A stretch of 64,000 bases of DNA, taken from assembly GCA_963708135.1 (NCBI GenBank), contig OY970192.1, positions 384,001-448,000 on the forward strand. Direction: 5' to 3'. The notes beneath the pieces were generated by a model. The model had not been told where the DNA came from. It searched no databases and saw nothing but the letters and a program-made list of their open reading frames with translations. Position 1 is the stretch's first letter. Each line of letters starts with the position of its first letter. The position numbers and the translations under genes were made by a program. This DNA comes from an uncultured Gemmatimonadales bacterium (lineage in GTDB: Bacteria > Gemmatimonadota > Gemmatimonadetes > Longimicrobiales > RSA9). Below are positions 27,351 through 35,578 of this stretch, in pieces.

Positions 27351-28943
27351 ATGGAACCGATGACGAGCAGTTCCATGCGGCCGCTGCGAGCCGCGGCGCT
27401 GGCGGCGTTCTTCGCCGCCGTTCCCGCTGCGCTCGCGGCGCAGCAGACGAGCGGCGCATACGTGGTCCGCAAGGGCCAGGACACGATCGCGGTAGACCGC
27501 TTCACGCGCGGGCCGACGGAGCTGAAGGGCGAGGTCGTGGACCGGCTGGCCGGTTTCCGTCAGACCTACGACGCGAAGCTGAACGCCGACGGCACCATCT
27601 CGCGCTTCGCCCTCGAGGTCCGGCCCGCCCGGGCGCCGGCCGATTCCCCGCCCGCGCAGAAGATCGCCATCGAGCTGCGCGGCGACAGCGCGTTTCTCTA
27701 TACCGGTGACGCAACTACGCCCGCCCGCTCCATGGCGACGCCCGCGGGCACACTCCCGTTCTTCAACCTCTACTTCTCGCTCGTGGACCAGGCGACGAGG
27801 CGCGCCCACGAGCTCGGGGGCGGCACGCTCCGCATCCCGCTCCTGATGCAGTCGCTGCAGACGGTGGACGGCAGCTACGCGCCCGTGGGCGGCGACTCCG
27901 CCACGCTGACGATCGGCGGCACCACGCTGCGCGTGGCCCTCGACGATCAGGGCCGCATGCTTGGCGGCGTGGTGCCGGCCCAGCAGCTCACCATCGAGCG
28001 CGTCGCAGCCTCCGAGGCTTCGACGAAGGTCGCGCCCACGGACTACTCCGCGCCTCCGGGCGCGCCGTACACGGCCGAGGCCGTGTCCGTCCCCGGTCCC
28101 GCCGGCACCCTCGCCGGCACCCTGACCATGCCGAAGGACGCGCGCGGCCCGGTCCCGGCCATCGTCACCATCACCGGCTCCGGTCCCGAGGACCGCGACG
28201 AGGCGCTCCCTTCCGTCGGGCCCTACCGTCCCTTCCGGCAGATCGCCGACACGCTGTCCCGCCGCGGCATCGCCGTGCTGCGCATGGACGATCGCGGCTT
28301 CGGCGAGTCGCAGGGCGACCTGAAGGGAACCTCCGCCGACTTCGCCGACGACATCCGCGCCGCCGTCCGCTATCTCCGGTCCCGCCAGGACATCGACGGC
28401 GCGCGCATCGCGCTCCTCGGCCACAGCGAGGGCGGCATGATCGCGCCAATGGTCGCCGCCACGGATCCCCACCTGCGCGGCATCATCCTCATGGCCGGAC
28501 CGGGCCGCTCGGGGCGCTTCATCCTGCACTACCAGCTCTCCGCCCTGATCGAGAACGACACCTCACTCACCGCCGCGGCCCGCGACTCGGCCCTGAAGCG
28601 GGTGGACGCGAAGATCGATTCGGCCGCCGCCGCGAGCCCGTGGACCCGTTTCTTCGTGGACTACGATCCGCTGCCCACGGCCCGGAAGGTCCGCGTCCCG
28701 GTGCTCATCCTCCAGGGCGCCACCGACCACCAGGTATTCCCCGACCAGGCCCCGCTGCTGGCGCGCGCCTTCCGCGCCGGCGGAGACCACGATGTCACGC
28801 TGAAGGTCTTCCCGAACCTGAACCACCTCTTCGTCCCCGACCCGAGCGGCCTGCCCGAGGGCTATACCAGGCTGCCTTCCTTCCAGGTCGAGCGCGATGT
28901 CCTCGGCACCATCGCCGACTGGGCCGTCCAGCACCTGGAGTAG
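27351..28943 (+). CDS. Secreted alpha/beta hydrolase (putative peptidase/esterase) with N-terminal extra domain
   Basis: Signal peptide; ITGSGPEDRD, DDRGFGES, GHSEGG nucleophile, QGATDHQV, NHLF. Confidence 0.88.
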   Translation: MEPMTSSSMRPLRAAALAAFFAAVPAALAAQQTSGAYVVRKGQDTIAVDRFTRGPTELKGEVVDRLAGFRQTYDAKLNADGTISRFALEVRPARAPADSPPAQKIAIELRGDSAFLYTGDATTPARSMATPAGTLPFFNLYFSLVDQATRRAHELGGGTLRIPLLMQSLQTVDGSYAPVGGDSATLTIGGTTLRVALDDQGRMLGGVVPAQQLTIERVAASEASTKVAPTDYSAPPGAPYTAEAVSVPGPAGTLAGTLTMPKDARGPVPAIVTITGSGPEDRDEALPSVGPYRPFRQIADTLSRRGIAVLRMDDRGFGESQGDLKGTSADFADDIRAAVRYLRSRQDIDGARIALLGHSEGGMIAPMVAATDPHLRGIILMAGPGRSGRFILHYQLSALIENDTSLTAAARDSALKRVDAKIDSAAAASPWTRFFVDYDPLPTARKVRVPVLILQGATDHQVFPDQAPLLARAFRAGGDHDVTLKVFPNLNHLFVPDPSGLPEGYTRLPSFQVERDVLGTIADWAVQHLE

Positions 28944-29242
28944 CCCCCGCGGGCGAGGGGGCGGGCCTCGCCCGCGCCGCTGGCCGGTCCAGGCGTGGCC
29001 GACCAGCGGCCGCAGGCGGGGGCGGACCGCCGCGGGCGTGCGCCCGCGGCGGCGCGGCCCGCCCGCGCGGCCGGCGCCGCAGCTTCGAACCACTCGTCCC
29101 CAGTCCCGAACCTCGGGTCCCGCACCCCGCACCCCCATGTTCCGCGCCCGGCTTCCGGCTAAATTCCGCCTCTGCTGCAACTCCCGCCGCTTCGCGCTCG
29201 TAGGGGGTTCCGCGGCCGACTCCCGCATCCCGGAGAATCGCC

Positions 29243-29530
29243 ATGAACGACATCGCACCGCAGCTGCCGGCCATCCTCGGCACGATCATCGGCGGCCTGG
29301 TCCTGATCATCCCGATCGCCGGCTTCACGCTCCGCTTCGCCATCAAGCCGATCACGGAGGCCGTGCTGCGTATGCGTGAGGCACAGGCGGGGCAGGGCGG
29401 CCGGGAGGTGGCCGTGCTCGAGCAGCGCGTTTCGCTCCTCGAGCAGCAGGTCCTGGGGATCGAGCGCTCCGTGGAGCGGCTGGTCGAGGCCCGCGACTTC
29501 GACCGCCAGCTCACCGCGCCCAAGTCCTGA
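29243..29530 (+). CDS. Small TM plus coiled-coil protein, paralog A
   Basis: GGAG RBS; single TM then RFAIKP...LEQRVSLLEQQ...VERLVEARDFDRQL. Confidence 0.8.
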   Translation: MNDIAPQLPAILGTIIGGLVLIIPIAGFTLRFAIKPITEAVLRMREAQAGQGGREVAVLEQRVSLLEQQVLGIERSVERLVEARDFDRQLTAPKS

Positions 29531-29570
29531 CCACGCCCGCCCGCGCGCCCGGTTTTCCTGGAGGAGGATG

Positions 29571-29846
29571 ATGGACAGCAATTTCATCGGACTCGTGGCC
29601 GTCCTGCTCGGCGGGCTCACGATCCTGATTCCGGTGGCCGCGTTCGCTACCCGGTTCGCGGTCAAGCCGGTGCTCGAGCTGTACCTGAAGGCGCGCGCGG
29701 AGCAGCACGGGGACTCTGCCGACCTGGCCCTCATCGAAAAGCGGATGGCCTTCCTCGAGCAGCAGCTCGAGAGCATCGGCACCGATGTGGGCCGGCTGGT
29801 GGAGGAGCGCGACTTCGAGCGGCGGCTGCTGGAGAAGCGCTCCTGA
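29571..29846 (+). CDS. Small TM plus coiled-coil protein, paralog B
   Basis: GGAGGAGG RBS; single TM then RFAVKP...IEKRMAFLEQQ...VGRLVEERDFERRL; start 29568 or 29571. Confidence 0.8.
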   Translation: MDSNFIGLVAVLLGGLTILIPVAAFATRFAVKPVLELYLKARAEQHGDSADLALIEKRMAFLEQQLESIGTDVGRLVEERDFERRLLEKRS

Positions 29847-30267
29847 ACCTCCCCGTCCCGGCGTCGTGACCCACCGGCCGCCGGCAGAGGGCCCACCCCC
29901 CCGGGCACGGCGGAATTTGGCTCCTCGCTGTTCCGAGTGGGTGAGGATTGGACGCGTGTGCGGGTGCGGGTGCGGCTCCCACGCACACGCACACGCACAC
30001 GGGTTTCGAGCCCCCTGAAGGCGGCGGATGCCGCGGCGGCACGGGCTGGGATACCTGCTCGTCTCTCGCTGCCGAAATGCTCTCGATCACCTGCCGTCCG
30101 GGTGCCGGCCCCTGGCTAGGCCGGGCACGGATGCGCGGGCTCGCCGGATTGCCGGTGGCAGGGGGGCGGGCGCCGGCGCGTGCGCGGTTGCGTCGCCTGC
30201 CCAGGGGGCGTAGATGAGGCCGCCCGGGCCCCCGGAAACATCTGCGGGGTAGAACCCCCCGCACCCG

Positions 30268-30294
30268 TGTCACAACGCGCCGCCCGCGCGCGTT
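30268..30294 (+). promoter_or_regulatory. Candidate autoregulatory ECF promoter TGTCACA-N16-CGTT
   Basis: TGTCACA 30268-30274, 16 nt, CGTT 30291-30294; 30 bp upstream of the ECF sigma start. Confidence 0.6.
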
Positions 30295-30323
30295 CTTCGA
30301 GTGAGGATGGGACGATCCGCCAC

Positions 30324-30821
30324 GTGGATTTCGACGCCCTCTTCCAGCGCCTGTATCCATCCCTGTTCCGGTACCTGCATCGGCTGACCGGGGACCCGGA
30401 TGTCGCGGAAGATATCGCGCAGGAGGCATTCGTTCGCTTGTTGAGCCAGCAGCTCCCCGAGTCGGAGGCGCGCCCCTGGCTGTTCGCCGTGGCCATGAAC
30501 CTGGTCCGCGACCGGGCGCGCAAGACGGAGCGCAGGCAGCGGTTGCTGTCGGCGGTGCCGACGGGGCCGGCGCCGAGCCCGCGCCCGGACGATCTGACCG
30601 AGCAGAGGGAGCGGATCGAGGCGGTGCGGGAGGCGCTGGCACGGATCGCGCCCAGAGACAGGCAGCTCCTGCTCATGAGGGAGGAAGGGTTCACGTACGA
30701 GGAGATGGCGCGCGCCGTCGGGGTCGCGCCGAGTTCGATCGGAACGTTGATCGCCCGTGCGCTCCGGCGGTTTTCCGGGGCCTACCACGCGCGAGAGGCA
30801 GGCAATGACGCATCCGAGTGA
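30324..30821 (+). CDS. ECF RNA polymerase sigma factor
   Basis: LFRYLHRLTGDPDVAEDIAQEAF, WLFAVAMNL (sigma2); LLLMREEGFTYEEMA...SIGTLIARA (sigma4). Confidence 0.93.
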   Translation: MDFDALFQRLYPSLFRYLHRLTGDPDVAEDIAQEAFVRLLSQQLPESEARPWLFAVAMNLVRDRARKTERRQRLLSAVPTGPAPSPRPDDLTEQRERIEAVREALARIAPRDRQLLLMREEGFTYEEMARAVGVAPSSIGTLIARALRRFSGAYHAREAGNDASE

Positions 30822-31608
30822 AGGCACGCTCCAGGCCTATCTGGACCACGCGCTTTCCGCGGAGGACCAGGCGGAGGCCGCTGGCCATCTCGAGCGCTGC
30901 GCCGCATGCCGGGCGGAGCTCGAGACGCTGGCACGCGTCGCCGCCACCGCGTCGGCCGCGCTGGCCCTGCTCGACGCGCCCATCGATGCCGTCAGCGCCC
31001 GGGCGGCCGTCACGCGCCGCGCCGAGCGCGAGGCCGAGCCGGTCCACATCGCCCGTCCCGCCGCCGCGCCCTTCCGCCGCGCGTTCCTGCGTGCCGCGAT
31101 GCTCGTCCTGGCCTCGGCCACCGTGGCCGTGGCGGCCATCCCGGGCACGCCGCTGCACCGCTGGATCGCGAACGTCTGGCGGGAGCGCGTCACCACGCGA
31201 GTGGCGCGTCCCGCGCCGGCCGCGCGACCCGCCGTGCGCGTCCCCGAGGCCGCGCCGGCGCCGCCCACGGCGGGCGTGTCGGTCCTGCCCGCGGGGGACC
31301 GGGTCCGCATCGTGTTCGACCACGTGGCTGCCGAGACCGTGGTGCAGGTCCGGCTGGTCGATGCGGAGCAGGCGGCGGTGGAGGCGTCCGGTCCCGCGGC
31401 TTCCGCGCGGTTCCGCACGGGGCCCGGGCGTATCGAGATGGTCGGCGGCGGCGCCGGACAGGTTCGGGTCGAGGTTCCGCGCTCGGTCGGTCGCGCCAGC
31501 GTGGAATCCGACGGCCGGCTGCTCCTGTTCAAGGAGAACGCCAGCATCCGCGTCTTCAGCCCCGCGGACACGGTGGGGCAGGTGCTGACGTTCCGCGCCG
31601 GCCATTGA
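30805..31608 (+). CDS. Zinc-binding (ZAS/zf-HC2) transmembrane anti-sigma factor
   Basis: H...LQAYLD...HLERCAAC (HxxxCxxC), TM segment, extracytoplasmic beta-rich domain; overlaps the sigma gene. Confidence 0.85.
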   Translation: MTHPSEGTLQAYLDHALSAEDQAEAAGHLERCAACRAELETLARVAATASAALALLDAPIDAVSARAAVTRRAEREAEPVHIARPAAAPFRRAFLRAAMLVLASATVAVAAIPGTPLHRWIANVWRERVTTRVARPAPAARPAVRVPEAAPAPPTAGVSVLPAGDRVRIVFDHVAAETVVQVRLVDAEQAAVEASGPAASARFRTGPGRIEMVGGGAGQVRVEVPRSVGRASVESDGRLLLFKENASIRVFSPADTVGQVLTFRAGH

Positions 31609-31631
31609 CGGCGGGGAAGGGAAGGGAAGAG

Positions 31632-31663
31632 GGCCGGGACGCGGATGCGTCCCGGCCTTTTTT
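31632..31663 (+). terminator. Intrinsic terminator after the anti-sigma gene
   Basis: GGCCGGGACGC-GGAT-GCGTCCCGGCC followed by TTTTTT. Confidence 0.85.
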
Positions 31664-31827
31664 CGGCGCTGCCGCCCCTCCCTTTCCCCGCGCGTCCGAA
31701 CAGGCGATATTGGGAGGCGTCCCCGAATCGGGGGTCCATTCTCTAAGGCATTCTGGAGGGCCGGCTTGGGTCGGCTCCCGTTGGTGTTCGTGATCGCTCC
31801 GCTTTGCCACGGGGAAACGCTGCTCGA

Positions 31828-34029
31828 ATGATGCTCTCCGCGCTCGCAGTGGCTCTGGTCTCGGCCGCCATGCAGCTTCCGGCGCCGCCGATGGGGGTCG
31901 TGCGCGGCAAGATCCGGAGCGAGGCGACGGGCCAGCCGCTGGGGCTGGCCGTGGTCGAGCTGATCGACCGGTCGGGCACGCAGCGGACCGTGACGGACAG
32001 CGCCGGGCGCTACGTGCTGCGCGACGTCCCCGCCGGCCGGCACCTGCTGCGCGCGGTGCACCTGGACCACGCGCCGTTCGAGGTCGAGGTCCTGGTGCCG
32101 CCGGGCGGGCAGGTCGTCGTGGACCTCGCGCTGGTGCTCAGGCCCGTGACGCTGCCGACCGTGACCGCGCGCTCGCGCTGGGGGCGCGGGCTCGACACGG
32201 CGGCGGCGCAACCCGCCGATCTCGGCGCGGCCACGGTGAAGTTCGTGGAGGCGACGCCGGGCGTGGCGGAGCTCGGGCTGGCGGAGGCCGCGCGGGGGAT
32301 CCCCGGCGCGGAGCCGGCCGATCCCTCGGATGTGCTCTACGTGCGTGGCGGCGCGGCGGACCTGAAGCTGGTGCTGCTCGACGGCGCCCCCGTCTACGCG
32401 CCGTTCCACGTGGGCGGCCTGGTGAGCGCGTTCGAGCCGGATGTGCTGAGCTCGGCCACGCTATACCTGGGCGGCGCCCCTGCCCGCTACGACGGCGGGC
32501 TCTCCTATGTCATGGACCTGGAAACGCGCTCCGGTCATCGCGACGGCGTGCGCGCGCGCGGCGCGATGGACCTCATCTCGGGCCGGGCCCTTGTGGATGG
32601 GCCGGTGGGCTCGCGTGCCAGCTTCATGGTGGGCGGGCGGGCCGTGCAGGGGATCGGCGCCGCGCCACTGCTCACGGGCGGCGAGTTCCCCTACGGCTAC
32701 GGCGACGGGCTGGCGCGCGTGGACCTGGATGTCGGCAGGTCCGGCCTGGTCAGCGCGACCGGCTTCCTCAACCACGAGACGGTGCGCCTGGACGAAGGGC
32801 CCGACCCCGGCAGCGCCTTCTGGGGCAACTCCGCCGGCTCGATCCGCTACCGGGGGCCGCTCGCCGGCAACGACGCACAGCTGACGCTGGCGTTCGGCAA
32901 CTTCGAGGCGAGGCTTCCGATCGGCGGCTTCCGTCCGCTCGTCGCCGACGGCGTCTCTCGCCGGGTCCGCGCGACGGCCGACCTGTCGGAGACGCTCGGC
33001 CCGACCCAGCTCTATTACGGCGCCTCCTACGACCGGCTCTGGATCCGCTACACCGCCTGGCCGCAGAACGGCACCCGCGATCCGCTCCTGCTGGACACCC
33101 AGGACATCGGCCAGTCCGTGGGCGCCTACGTGGATGCCGACTGGCAGCCGCTGCCCCGCGTGCGCATCCGCGGTGGCCTGCGCGCCGACATCTTCAGCGG
33201 CGCGCCCACGCCGCGCCTCGGCCCACGTCTCGCGCTCAGCTGGCTGCTCGGCGACCGCGCCACCCTCACCGTGGCCGGTGGCGGCTACCACCAGTACGTC
33301 CGCGCCGACGAGACCGCGATCCTGGCCAACGACTCCGTGCCGGCGCACGTGCCGCCGCTCGCCGTCGCACGCGCGTCGCACCTGCTCGTCGCGCTCGACC
33401 AGCAGATCCTCGACGACCTGCGTCTGGGCGTGGAGGGCTTCTACAAGACGTTCGACGGCGTCCCCGACCCCAGCCGTCCCGATGCCGCCCGTGCCCACGC
33501 CTCCGGGCTGGACCTGTGGGTGCGCCGAAGCACCGGCCGCTTCACCGGCTGGCTCGGCTACTCACTCGCTTGGGTCTGGTCCACGGACGACTTCCACCTC
33601 ACGGCCACCGATCTCTTCGCCGGCCGGCAGCTGCTCAGCGCCGGGCTCGAGGGGCCGCTGGCGGGGAAGGCCGACTTCAAGATCCACGTGGGCTACGGCG
33701 CCGGGCTGCCCTACACGGCGGTGCCGCAGACGGAGGTGCCCACCCCGTCGCTCCGGCCCAGCGGCGGCGGCACCGATCCCGGCGACGGGACGGCCGCCGT
33801 CAGCGCACCGGAGGAGCCCTACCTGCGCCTGGATGCGCAGGTCGCCCACACGTTCAGCGGCGACTATCGCGGAGTGGACTTCGCGGTGACGCCGTACCTG
33901 CGCGTACTCAACGCGCTGGACCGCCGCGACGCACTCTTCTACCGCTACGATCGCTCGCGCGACAACCAAGCGCACCCGATCGCCGCGCTCCCCGTGCTCC
34001 CGCTCGTCGGCTTCGAGTGGCGCTTCTGA
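31828..34029 (+). CDS. TonB-dependent receptor with N-terminal carboxypeptidase-regulatory-like domain
   Basis: Signal peptide; TDSAGRYVLRDVPAG; plug motif YVRGG...LLDGAPVY..FHVGGLVSAF...GGAPARY; terminal WRF. Confidence 0.87.
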   Translation: MMLSALAVALVSAAMQLPAPPMGVVRGKIRSEATGQPLGLAVVELIDRSGTQRTVTDSAGRYVLRDVPAGRHLLRAVHLDHAPFEVEVLVPPGGQVVVDLALVLRPVTLPTVTARSRWGRGLDTAAAQPADLGAATVKFVEATPGVAELGLAEAARGIPGAEPADPSDVLYVRGGAADLKLVLLDGAPVYAPFHVGGLVSAFEPDVLSSATLYLGGAPARYDGGLSYVMDLETRSGHRDGVRARGAMDLISGRALVDGPVGSRASFMVGGRAVQGIGAAPLLTGGEFPYGYGDGLARVDLDVGRSGLVSATGFLNHETVRLDEGPDPGSAFWGNSAGSIRYRGPLAGNDAQLTLAFGNFEARLPIGGFRPLVADGVSRRVRATADLSETLGPTQLYYGASYDRLWIRYTAWPQNGTRDPLLLDTQDIGQSVGAYVDADWQPLPRVRIRGGLRADIFSGAPTPRLGPRLALSWLLGDRATLTVAGGGYHQYVRADETAILANDSVPAHVPPLAVARASHLLVALDQQILDDLRLGVEGFYKTFDGVPDPSRPDAARAHASGLDLWVRRSTGRFTGWLGYSLAWVWSTDDFHLTATDLFAGRQLLSAGLEGPLAGKADFKIHVGYGAGLPYTAVPQTEVPTPSLRPSGGGTDPGDGTAAVSAPEEPYLRLDAQVAHTFSGDYRGVDFAVTPYLRVLNALDRRDALFYRYDRSRDNQAHPIAALPVLPLVGFEWRF

Positions 34030-34272
34030 GCTGACGCCGACCCTTCCGGCGGCCCGCGCGGGCGCCGGGCACGCGGCCGCGGAAACGCGGCCGTTGCGTT
34101 TTCGGACCCGGACATCGCAATATTTCCGGTCCGTGGCGCCCGCGCGGCGCGGCGCCCGACAGCAAACCAACCTCAGGCACCTCGGCACCCCCCCAAGCGG
34201 GGCCGGCCCTCCGGCCGCCCCCGCACGGCCGGGCATCGCCGGGGCACAATCCTCACCGATGGGAGCGGACGG

Positions 34273-35178
34273 ATGAAACGGTGGCTCAAGCGAATCGGCA
34301 TGGCCCTCGGCGGCCTGGTCGCGCTGGTGGTGCTCGCCCTGGCCGGGGTCTACGGGTTCAGCGGCCGGCGGCTGGCCCGCACCTACGCCGTCGCGCCGGA
34401 TCGCCTCGCGATCCCGACGGACCCGGCCTCGATCGAGCGGGGCCACCACCTGGCGGTGGCGGTCGCGAAATGCCTCGAATGCCACGGCGAGCGGCTCGAG
34501 GGCAAGGTCTTCATCGATGGCGGCCCCGCGTTCGGCCGGATCTACGCCCCGAACCTCACGCGCGGTCGCGGCGGGATCGGCGCCGAGTACGACGGGGACG
34601 ATTTCGTGCGCGCCATCCGCCACGGCGTGGCGAAGGATGGGCGCGGCCTCCGGATCATGCCGGCCGATGACTTCGAGTACCTGACGGACGAGGACCTGGC
34701 GGACGTGATCGCCTACGTGCGGAGCGTGCCGGCGGTGGACAACGCCGTCCCGGCGACGGTTCTCGGGCCGGTGGCTCGGCTACTCTATGTGACCGGGAAG
34801 TTCCCGCTCGTCCCCGCCGAGCACATGGACGGCGCGGTGTCGCGGGCGCCAGTTCCTGCCGGACCCACCCCGGAGTACGGGCACTACCTGATGAACGTAG
34901 GCGGCTGCTTCGCCTGCCACGGACCGGGCCTCTCCGGCGGCCGGGTGCCGGGGACGCCGCCCGACCTGCCGCCGGCGCAGAACATCACCCCGGCCGGGAT
35001 CGGCTCCTGGACGGAGGCCGACTTCGTCCGGGCGCTCCGGACCGGCACCCGCCCCGACGGCACCAAGATCGACCCGTTCATGCCCTGGCTCTTTGCGGGG
35101 AAGATGACCGACGACGAGATCCGGGCCGTGTGGCTGTACGTGAAGAGCGTCCCGCCCCGCCCCACGGGAACGCGCTAG
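34273..35178 (+). CDS. Membrane-anchored di-heme cytochrome c
   Basis: Two CxxCH motifs (CLECH, CFACH), APNLT/NITP, distal Met (IMP, FMPW), N-terminal TM. Confidence 0.92.
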   Translation: MKRWLKRIGMALGGLVALVVLALAGVYGFSGRRLARTYAVAPDRLAIPTDPASIERGHHLAVAVAKCLECHGERLEGKVFIDGGPAFGRIYAPNLTRGRGGIGAEYDGDDFVRAIRHGVAKDGRGLRIMPADDFEYLTDEDLADVIAYVRSVPAVDNAVPATVLGPVARLLYVTGKFPLVPAEHMDGAVSRAPVPAGPTPEYGHYLMNVGGCFACHGPGLSGGRVPGTPPDLPPAQNITPAGIGSWTEADFVRALRTGTRPDGTKIDPFMPWLFAGKMTDDEIRAVWLYVKSVPPRPTGTR

Positions 35179-35205
35179 AAGGCGGACCGCGGACCCTCCG
35201 GATGC

Positions 35206-35244
35206 GGGACGCCCCGCCAGCGCAGCGCGCCGGCGGGGCGTCCC
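35206..35244. terminator. Hairpin between convergent genes (possible bidirectional terminator)
   Basis: GGGACGCCCCGCC...GGCGGGGCGTCCC inverted repeat. Confidence 0.6.
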
Positions 35245-35269
35245 TGTTCCTGTGCGGTGCCGCCGCGGC

Positions 35270-35509
35270 TCAGCGCCCGTCCACCATGGCGGCCCAGACG
35301 CGGTCGGCGCGGAAGCAGAGGTCGCGGCCGCGATCGTCCTCGAACCAGAGCGGCTTGCCGCGGCGCAGCCGGAACAGGATCCGTCGCTGCATGTCCAGCG
35401 CGGAGTCCTTCCACCGGGCGCGGAACACGACCTCCCCCTCCTCGGTGGCGAGGCGGACGGTGACGGTCGGGATGTAGCGCCGGATCGAGACGCGTGCGGG
35501 GTACACCAT
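35270..35509 (-). CDS. Small hypothetical protein
   Basis: 79 aa, non-repetitive (VFRARWKDSALDMQRRILFRL...WFEDD), host-like third-position GC. Confidence 0.65.
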   Translation of the reverse strand: MVYPARVSIRRYIPTVTVRLATEEGEVVFRARWKDSALDMQRRILFRLRRGKPLWFEDDRGRDLCFRADRVWAAMVDGR

Positions 35510-35578
35510 GGTCGAAAACTGTAACAGCGGCGGCCGATCCGATCAAGCGGTGCCTCCGAGCGAGGGGAGCCGGGAGAC

